From Actinomycetota bacterium (GTDB lineage: Bacteria; Actinomycetota; Acidimicrobiia; IMCC26256; JACDBD01): a stretch of DNA of 48,774 bases. A program made the position numbers and the translations under genes. Shown in pieces: positions 42,572-48,774 of this stretch. The stretch covers positions 1-48,774 of the forward strand of contig JBKPDG010000118.1 in NCBI GenBank assembly GCA_046727755.1, written 5' to 3'. The notes beneath the pieces were generated by a model. It was given only the letters and a program-made list of their open reading frames with translations, searched no databases and was not told where the DNA came from. The number at the start of each line of letters is the position of its first letter. Within the stretch, counting starts at the first letter, position 1.

Positions 42572-43294
42572 GTGGCCGAGCTTCTAGAATTGATCACCGT
42601 GTCGCATTGGCTGAAAACCCCCCACTGGTCCTCGGACATCCCGCTCGGCACCCCGCATCCTCGGCTCGCCGCGCTCGACGAGATGGGGTTCGCGCGCCTG
42701 CGCGACCTCGATCAGCCCATCCCCGAGCACGAGTACCTGTCGCTCGAGTACATGGACTGGAAGAGCGGCGGCGATACCAACTTCGCGCCCATCGCGACCG
42801 CTGACGGCGAGCTCGACTGCCGCGGCTTCTGGAAGCCCGGCGACGAACGTCCCGACAAGGACGGCAAGTTCACGGTGAACGCCGAGCGGTGCCCCGAGAT
42901 CAAGCGCTACGTCGAGTCCGTCGGCGCGAACTTCGGGCGGGTGCGAGTGATCAAGCTCGAGCCCCAGGACTACGACACCGCCCGCCGTCAGATCCACCGC
43001 GACGACAACAACCGCTTCAACCCGTCCGACCAGGGCTGGGTGGTGCGGTCGTGGCTCGAGCTCACCGACTTCCCCGACAGCTTCATGATCCTCATGGAGC
43101 ACAACGACGACGGCCTCCCCGACCCCGATACGGAGCAGCACATCCCGCTCCATCGCGGATCGCAGTTCGTGCTCGACACCCAGCGCCTCTGGCACGTCGT
43201 CTGCCACACCGGCGATGCGCCGCGCTATGCGCTGATCTCGAGCTTCGAGAGCGGCCCCGCCCTCGAGGATTGGATCGACACGCAGTGGGCGTAG
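42572..43294 (+). CDS. Hypothetical protein, possibly an Asp/Asn-beta-hydroxylase-like cupin (2OG/Fe(II) oxygenase fold)
   Basis: 240 aa with native GC3. Candidate facial triad H142-x-D144 (QIHRDDN, 42995-43003) and H208 (LWHVV, 43193-43195). RSWLEL and RYALISSF resemble the AspH-family strand pattern. The family call is tentative. Confidence 0.6.
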   Translation: MAELLELITVSHWLKTPHWSSDIPLGTPHPRLAALDEMGFARLRDLDQPIPEHEYLSLEYMDWKSGGDTNFAPIATADGELDCRGFWKPGDERPDKDGKFTVNAERCPEIKRYVESVGANFGRVRVIKLEPQDYDTARRQIHRDDNNRFNPSDQGWVVRSWLELTDFPDSFMILMEHNDDGLPDPDTEQHIPLHRGSQFVLDTQRLWHVVCHTGDAPRYALISSFESGPALEDWIDTQWA

Positions 43295-43295
43295 C

Positions 43296-43361
43296 GCCCC
43301 TCACCGCGTTGGGTCTGAAACCCCGCGCATAGCACCGGTTTCCGACCCAACGCGCGGGGGC
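43296..43361. terminator. Extended imperfect palindrome filling the whole convergent intergenic spacer
   Basis: 43305-43322 pairs with 43337-43354 (17 bp, one mismatch, 14-nt loop). An outer GCCCC/GGGGC (43296-43300 / 43357-43361) extends the pairing. Confidence 0.45.
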
Positions 43362-43363
43362 GA

Positions 43364-44251
43364 TCAGGCGAGCGCGTGATCGACGGCAGCGGCGAAGGCG
43401 TCGGGAGCTTCGAGCATCGGGTAGTGCCCGATGTCGCGGAGGCGCACGAGCGTCGAGTCCGGTCGGGCCGCGTGTAGCCGCTCGGCCATCGGCCACACCG
43501 CGATGGGATCGACGTCGCCCCAGACGATCGTCACCGGTGACGGATGCTGCTCGATTGCGCCCGTCCACCGGCCCTCGTGCTCACGGCGCTCCTCGACGTA
43601 GCGGATCGTGCGGGGCAGGAGCAGGTCCCCGCCGTCGCGGTGGATCAAATCCGCGGCCGTCTCGACGTCCTCGTCGGACACCGGTGCGCCGGAGGCGAAC
43701 GTCCCCCGCAGGGCCTGGACGAGCGCGCCCCGCCCCAGGCCCTCGGCTAACCGCTCGTCCGGCAGCGACAGCAGGAGCTTCTGGCCGTCGGTGAGATGGG
43801 CCATGTCGATGTAGACGGACCCGTTCGAGATCACACGCCGCGTCACGTCGAAGGCCAACGTCCCTTCGAGGCTGCGCGCCAGAAGCTCGCCGCCGACCGA
43901 GTCGCCCATGTCGTGGGTGACCAGCGCGATCTCCTCGAGTCCGAAGTCGCGGGTGAGCGCCTCGACCAGATCCGCCTGCTCGAACAGCGAGTAGCGCTGG
44001 TCGGGCTTCTCGCTGAGACCGAACCCGAGCAGGTCGGGCAATACGACGCGGTGCCGACGCGTCAAACGGTCGAGGACGCGCTGCCAGTCGTGGGATGACG
44101 TCGGAAAGCCGTGCAACACGAGGACGGATGCTCCGGCGTGTCCGGGTGGCTCTGCCGGCGAGCGGTCGACCACGAACAGCCGGCGGCCGGCCACATCGCG
44201 ATAGCGGCCGCGCTGCTCCCATGCGGTGACACCGTCGTCGCTCTGCGTCAC
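43364..44251 (-). CDS. Alpha/beta hydrolase
   Basis: VLVLHGFPTSSHDW, nucleophile elbow VTHDMGDSVG, C-terminal GHYPMLEAP. Confidence 0.85.
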   Translation of the reverse strand: MTQSDDGVTAWEQRGRYRDVAGRRLFVVDRSPAEPPGHAGASVLVLHGFPTSSHDWQRVLDRLTRRHRVVLPDLLGFGLSEKPDQRYSLFEQADLVEALTRDFGLEEIALVTHDMGDSVGGELLARSLEGTLAFDVTRRVISNGSVYIDMAHLTDGQKLLLSLPDERLAEGLGRGALVQALRGTFASGAPVSDEDVETAADLIHRDGGDLLLPRTIRYVEERREHEGRWTGAIEQHPSPVTIVWGDVDPIAVWPMAERLHAARPDSTLVRLRDIGHYPMLEAPDAFAAAVDHALA

Positions 44252-44281
44252 AACGGCATCGTAAGCTGCGCCGCCGTGCCG

Positions 44282-45895
44282 ATGATCACCGCTCAGAACC
44301 GCAAGTGGTGGGTCGTCATCGCGATGTCGGGCGTGATGATCGTGCTTACCGTCGACTTTTTCGGGATCACCGTCGCACTACCGCGCATCGGCGACGACCT
44401 CGACGCCTCCACGACGACGCTGCTGTGGACCCTCAACGCCTATCTGCTCGCGTTCGTCTCGCCGATGATCGCCATCGGGCGATTCGCCGACATCTTCGGA
44501 CGCCGCAAGATGGCTCTGATCGGCATCGTCCTGTTCGTCGGCGCGTCGGCGGCGTGCGCCGGCGCTCCCACTGTCCTGTTCCTGATCGCGGCTCGCGTTG
44601 TGCAGGGTGTGGGCGGCGGGATCATCTTCACCGTGTCGGTCTCGATCGTGAACAACGCCTTCGAACCCGACGAACGAGCCAAGGCGCTCGGCATCTGGTC
44701 GGGCGTCGGCCTCGCCGGCTCCGCGCTCGGCCCGTTCCTGGCCGGCATCCTCACCGAGTTCGCCTCGTGGAGATGGTTCTTCTTCCTCAACGTACCGATC
44801 GGGATCGCGACGATTGTCATCACGATCGCTGCCGTCGAGGAATCACGGGATCCCACCTTCACCGGTGGAATCGACTGGACGGGCTTCGCGACGCTGACGG
44901 TCGGCTTCGTGCTGACGATCATTGGCCTCCAACAGGCCAGCAACGAAGGCTGGAGCTCCCTCGTCGTCCTCGGACCGATCGTGATCGGCGTCGTGTTCCT
45001 CGGCGTGTTCGTACTCAACGAGGTCGCCCTGAAGCGGCGCGCTCCGCTTGTGGAGTTCTCGTTGTTTCGGGACCTGCGGTTCGCCGGCGCGTCCGTGGTG
45101 GCGTTCATCGGAAATTGGATGTTCGGAGTGATCCTCTTCTTCCTCACCCTGTACCTGCAGAACGTGCTCGATCTCGGTCCGCTCACCGCCGGGGTCGTCT
45201 TCCTGGCGTTCAGCGTGCCGTTGGTCGTGATGTCGCCCGTGGGCGGACGGCTCGTCTCGCGCTTCGGCTCCCAGGACCTGATGGCGGTCGGCATGCTCCT
45301 CATCGGAACTGGGATGGTGTTCTTCGTGCTGATCGACGCCGACAGCGGGATCGGCCTGACGCTGATCGGGCTGGTCATCGCGGGGTTCGGGCAGGGCTTC
45401 GCGTACAACATCTCGAACACGGCCGGGATGGAGTCGATGCCTGACGAAAAGGCCGGGATCGCGTCCGGCGTCCTCCAGACGGCGCGACTCATGGGCATCG
45501 TGATCGGGCTCGCGCTCTCCGGGTCGCTCTTCTCGAGCCTGGAGAACCGCGAGCTGTTGTCGCAGGTGCGGGACCACGGCGCCACGCAGGCGGAGACAAG
45601 CGACGTCCGCGGACTGCTGTCGGGGTCGGCATCGGCCGAGGAGCACGTGAAGAGCCTGCCCGGCGCGGCGCGCGCGCTCGTCGAGGAGATCACCGACATC
45701 GCGTTCACGCACGCGCTCCGGTACGTGATGCTCCTCGGCGTGATCCTGTCCCTGGTATGCATCTGGCCCGCGCTGTGGGGACGCCGCAAGCCGGCGCCCG
45801 AAGGCGCACACCCCACGTCCGCACATCCCCTCTGGGCCTCGCTGTGGCGAAGGCATCATCTCCGCGCTCCCGCCGGTTCGACGCCGGCGCGCTGA
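44282..45895 (+). CDS. MFS transporter, DHA2 (EmrB/QacA-like, 14-TMS) type
   Basis: KWWVVIAMSGVMIVLTVDFFGITVALPRIGDDL, GRFADIFGRRKMALIG, and many TM segments. The start is ATG 44282 or GTG 44276. Confidence 0.9.
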   Translation: MITAQNRKWWVVIAMSGVMIVLTVDFFGITVALPRIGDDLDASTTTLLWTLNAYLLAFVSPMIAIGRFADIFGRRKMALIGIVLFVGASAACAGAPTVLFLIAARVVQGVGGGIIFTVSVSIVNNAFEPDERAKALGIWSGVGLAGSALGPFLAGILTEFASWRWFFFLNVPIGIATIVITIAAVEESRDPTFTGGIDWTGFATLTVGFVLTIIGLQQASNEGWSSLVVLGPIVIGVVFLGVFVLNEVALKRRAPLVEFSLFRDLRFAGASVVAFIGNWMFGVILFFLTLYLQNVLDLGPLTAGVVFLAFSVPLVVMSPVGGRLVSRFGSQDLMAVGMLLIGTGMVFFVLIDADSGIGLTLIGLVIAGFGQGFAYNISNTAGMESMPDEKAGIASGVLQTARLMGIVIGLALSGSLFSSLENRELLSQVRDHGATQAETSDVRGLLSGSASAEEHVKSLPGAARALVEEITDIAFTHALRYVMLLGVILSLVCIWPALWGRRKPAPEGAHPTSAHPLWASLWRRHHLRAPAGSTPAR

Positions 45896-46710
45896 GCCTC
45901 GTCGTGCACGACTGGGGTGGCGACGGCCACCCCGTCCTGCTCGCGCACCCGACCGGCTTCCACGGGCTGACGTGGGCGCCGGTGGCGGCGCACCTCGTCG
46001 AGGCCGGCCGGCACGTCTGGTCGTTCGACTACCGCGGCCACGGCGACAGCGACAAGTCCGCCGACGGGTACGCGTGGTCCGGGTTCGCCGACGACGTGAT
46101 GGCCGTGGTGCGGGAGTTGGACCTCGCCGGCGAGTCGACGCTGCTGGCGTGCGGCCATTCGAAGGGCGCTGCCTCGCTGCTGCTCGGTGAGGCGCGCGAG
46201 CCGGGCACGTTCGCCCGCCTGTGGTGCTACGAGCCGATCGTGTTTCCCTCCGACGAGCCGCTCGCGCCCCAGGACGACTTCCCGCTCTCGGAAGGAGCTC
46301 GCCGCCGGCGCGCGGTGTGGCCGTCCCGCGACGAAGCGCTTACCTCGTACGGGTCGAAGCCGCCGCTCGACGTGCTCGATCCCGCCGCGCTGCACGCGTA
46401 CGTGGACTACGGCTTGCGCGATCGGCCCGACGGCCAGGTCGAGCTCAAATGCCGGCCGGAGGACGAGGCCACGATGTACGCGATGGGTGTCGCCAACGGC
46501 GTGTACCCGCGCCTGCGCGACGTCCGCTGCCCGACGCTCGTCGTGTGCGGCGAGCACACCGACGCCATCCCGGCCAAGCTCGGCGAGATGATCGTCGACC
46601 GCCTCCCCGACGGCCGCCTCGAGGTCATGCCCGGCGTCGGCCACTTCGGGCCGATGCAGGATCCCGACGCGACAGTCGAGTCGATACTTCGGTTCGCGGC
46701 TGCGATCTAG
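45844..46710 (+). CDS. Alpha/beta hydrolase
   Basis: PVLLAHPTGFHG, DYRGHGDS, elbow ACGHSKGA, GVGHFGPMQDP. The start is uncertain: GTG 45844 or ATG 45757. Both overlap the MFS 3' end. Confidence 0.8.
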   Translation: MAKASSPRSRRFDAGALSLVVHDWGGDGHPVLLAHPTGFHGLTWAPVAAHLVEAGRHVWSFDYRGHGDSDKSADGYAWSGFADDVMAVVRELDLAGESTLLACGHSKGAASLLLGEAREPGTFARLWCYEPIVFPSDEPLAPQDDFPLSEGARRRRAVWPSRDEALTSYGSKPPLDVLDPAALHAYVDYGLRDRPDGQVELKCRPEDEATMYAMGVANGVYPRLRDVRCPTLVVCGEHTDAIPAKLGEMIVDRLPDGRLEVMPGVGHFGPMQDPDATVESILRFAAAI

Positions 46711-46977
46711 TTCCATTTGGCCCACTCGGATGCGCGGGTCACGCCCCTAACCTTGGACGTGACCAAGGCGGCGCAACTCGTCGTAGAGCGCCAGCGTGCG
46801 GCGCTCGTGGCATCAACAACGGGAGTCGATGTGCCGGTGGCGCAGGCGATCGTCGGACCTGGAATCCTGATCGTCCTCGCGCCCTCGTCGGTTCCCGGAC
46901 TTACGTCACCCATGTGACATGTCAATCGGTCGCGCGCGGGACAGCCAACTGCTGTGACGACCAGAGGGAGAGAAACA

Positions 46978-47757
46978 ATGACCGACCACAAGATCGGAAC
47001 ACGTGAAGAGTGGCTTGCGGCCCGGCGGGAGCTGCTCGAGGCGGAGAAGGCGCTGACGCGGCGTGGCGACGAGCTCGCGCGCTGGCGGCAGGAGCTGCCG
47101 TGGGTTCGAATCGACAAGGAGTACCGATTCGACACCGACGAGGGGAGCGCCTCGCTGGCAGATCTCTTCAGAGGGCGATCGCAACTCCTCGTCTACCACT
47201 TCATGTTCGGGCCCGACTATGCCGCGGGGTGCCCGACGTGCTCGACGATCGCAGACGGCTTCAACGGGTTCGCGACTCACCTGGCCCACCACGACGTGAT
47301 GCTCTGGGCGGTGTCGCGGGCCCCGCTTTCGAAACTTCAGGCGTACAAGCAACGGATGGGTTGGACCTTCCCGTGGGCGTCGTCGTTCGGGAGCGACTTC
47401 AACTACGACTTCCAGGTGACCTTCACCGAGGAGCAGCAGCAGTCGGGCGTCGTCGAGCACAACTTCCGCACCATGAATACCCCGAGCGACATCCCAGATT
47501 CAGCCGCCCGTGCCGTTTATGGCACGGACGTGGCGACGGTCACGCGAGAAGCGCCGGGCATGAGCGCGTTCGCGCTCGACGACGACATCGTCTACCACAC
47601 GTACTCGGCGTACGTGCGCGGGCTGGACGGTCTCTGGGGCATGTACCAGTGGCTCGACCGGGCGCCACGCGGGCGCAACGAGACGATGGTGCGAGGATTC
47701 GGTGATCTCCGAGGTAGCGACTGGTACCGCCGCCACGACGAGTACGACAGCGAGTGA
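46978..47757 (+). CDS. DUF899 thioredoxin-like protein
   Basis: GAGGGAGAG RBS ahead of ATG 46978. IGTREEWLAARRELLEAEKALTRRGDELARWRQELPWV, LLVYHFMFGPDYAAGCPTCS, YHTYSAY, WYRRHDEY. Confidence 0.85.
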   Translation: MTDHKIGTREEWLAARRELLEAEKALTRRGDELARWRQELPWVRIDKEYRFDTDEGSASLADLFRGRSQLLVYHFMFGPDYAAGCPTCSTIADGFNGFATHLAHHDVMLWAVSRAPLSKLQAYKQRMGWTFPWASSFGSDFNYDFQVTFTEEQQQSGVVEHNFRTMNTPSDIPDSAARAVYGTDVATVTREAPGMSAFALDDDIVYHTYSAYVRGLDGLWGMYQWLDRAPRGRNETMVRGFGDLRGSDWYRRHDEYDSE

Positions 47758-47969
47758 CGTGTGCAGAACGAGGAGACGACACCGACCTCGTCACCCACGC
47801 GCCGCTCGGACGTGAAGGTGAGTTCACGCCAGAGCCGTCGTTACGGTCCCACTCCGCCAGGCAGCACTCCGCGAGTCGGCACCGTCAAGGGCGCCACCCA
47901 ACCGGCGTTGTAGGGCAATCGTGTCTCCGGGCCGCGACGCGAGTCGATGCAGCGAACGGCTCACTGCGC

Positions 47970-48774
47970 CTACGTGCGGGGCTGGATGTTCTTGTTGTTG
48001 TGGAACACGTTCTCAGCGTCGTACTTCGCCTTCACGTCGGCGAGCCGCCTGTAGGTGTGGTCGCCGTAGGCCTCGCGGACGCGGCTCGTGTCGTCGTCGG
48101 AGTCGAGGAAGTTCACGTAGACGCCGGCGCGGTGGGGTTGGAGGGCGGCGAGGAACCTTTGTGCCCACGAGGTCTCTGCCGCACCGACGGTGTCGTCGTG
48201 CTCGGGGAGCCATGCCGCGTCGATGATGATGTTGTGCTTCACGTCGCGGCCGGGGTAGGCGGTGGCGTCACGGGGGGCTCGGGCAACTGCGCCACTCATA
48301 TGGAACATCGCCGCGTACGACCTCGGCGATGTTGCGCCGTAAGCGTGCTCGGCGACGATGTCGATGACTTCGTCTGACATGGCGGTGAGGTTCGTGGCCT
48401 TCCAGTAGTAGTGCCAGCCATGGGGGACGGTGTCGTCGATGCTGCGCTGGTGGTCGACGTACAGGCTGGGTCCAACAAGATCCACGAGCGGCGTCCCGAA
48501 CTCGCGGAGCGCACGGACCGCACGCTCCCCGTCCTCGACGGGCCCGGCGTAGCAGCTGGCCACGGCGATCGCGGGCCGGAAGTGCAGCTCCTCGCTGACA
48601 ACGGGCAGCGGCGGGATCGTGCCCAGCCGAATCACGTTGCCGAGCTCGTCGGGCGCGTCGGTGACGAACTCACGGTAGAAGCGCAGGACGTCGATCGTGT
48701 CCTCGGCGGCCCAGAACACCGGTCCGGCCGTGACGGTGGGGCCGACGGGGTGCAAGGTGAACCGGAACGAGCTG
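47970..48774 (-). CDS. FAD-linked oxidase with a berberine-bridge-enzyme (BBE) C-terminal domain. The 5' part lies outside the window.
   Basis: The frame is open to the window edge. C-terminus VYVNFLDSDDD..RVREAYGDHTYRRLADVKAKYDAENVFHNNKNI is the BBE-type tail. Confidence 0.8.
   Translation of the reverse strand, partial: SSFRFTLHPVGPTVTAGPVFWAAEDTIDVLRFYREFVTDAPDELGNVIRLGTIPPLPVVSEELHFRPAIAVASCYAGPVEDGERAVRALREFGTPLVDLVGPSLYVDHQRSIDDTVPHGWHYYWKATNLTAMSDEVIDIVAEHAYGATSPRSYAAMFHMSGAVARAPRDATAYPGRDVKHNIIIDAAWLPEHDDTVGAAETSWAQRFLAALQPHRAGVYVNFLDSDDDTSRVREAYGDHTYRRLADVKAKYDAENVFHNNKNIQPRT

Noticed and set aside
46717-46917. 66-codon TTG-initiated ORF in the long spacer before DUF899
   Set aside because: It has a non-ATG start, no RBS, GC3 clearly lower than real genes here, and no motif. 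Coding potential is not supported, though ribosome profiling could revisit this.
1-48774. CRISPR arrays, tRNA/rRNA genes, prophage or IS elements, toxin-antitoxin pairs
   Set aside because: I saw no regularly spaced repeats and no intergenic gap with tRNA-like cloverleaf potential; the largest gaps are 267, 233, 212, 176 and 163 nt. I also saw no transposase, integrase or phage-like ORFs. Absence was judged by eye only, so tRNAscan, Infernal and ISfinder would be needed for certainty.

Overview
This is a very GC-rich, Actinomycetota-like chromosomal segment (composition judged by eye, not computed). It is densely packed with about 50 protein-coding genes, many joined by ATGA/GTGA start-stop overlaps. 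I found no rRNA, tRNA, CRISPR array, transposase, integrase or phage gene. All family names come from motif recognition in the supplied translations; no BLAST or HMM search was possible.

Content: core metabolism (gltB, purK, coaA, xthA, etfBA) sits within a large set of lipid, acyl-CoA and terpenoid-type enzymes. These include:
- an alpha-methylacyl-CoA racemase-like CoA-transferase
- an ACAD10/11-type acyl-CoA dehydrogenase
- two APH-like kinases
- a carboxyltransferase
- a P450
- an MMPL transporter
- a carotenoid-cleavage oxygenase
- a geranylgeranyl reductase
- lactonases, VOC proteins and GNATs

Most interesting, in my judgement:
1. An ECF sigma factor is translationally coupled to a soluble PhyH-type Fe(II)/2OG dioxygenase with a roughly 50-aa N-terminal extension. 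This gene sits where an anti-sigma gene normally lies.
2. A perfect CTTGACC-N4-GGTCAAG palindrome occurs twice. One copy lies in the divergent promoter of a lactonase and an unknown beta-rich protein; the other overlaps the -35 region of the ACAD10/11-type dehydrogenase. All three genes have leaderless-promoter geometry.
3. An mmpL-tetR-carotenoid-oxygenase operon is joined by ATGA overlaps.
4. A GNAT gene is flanked by two copies of the last ~62 nt of etfA, an insertion or duplication scar.
5. An LvaA/LvaB-like kinase plus small-protein pair.

Two genes look disrupted: a methyltransferase with an internal deletion and a frameshifted two-HKD PLD-like gene.
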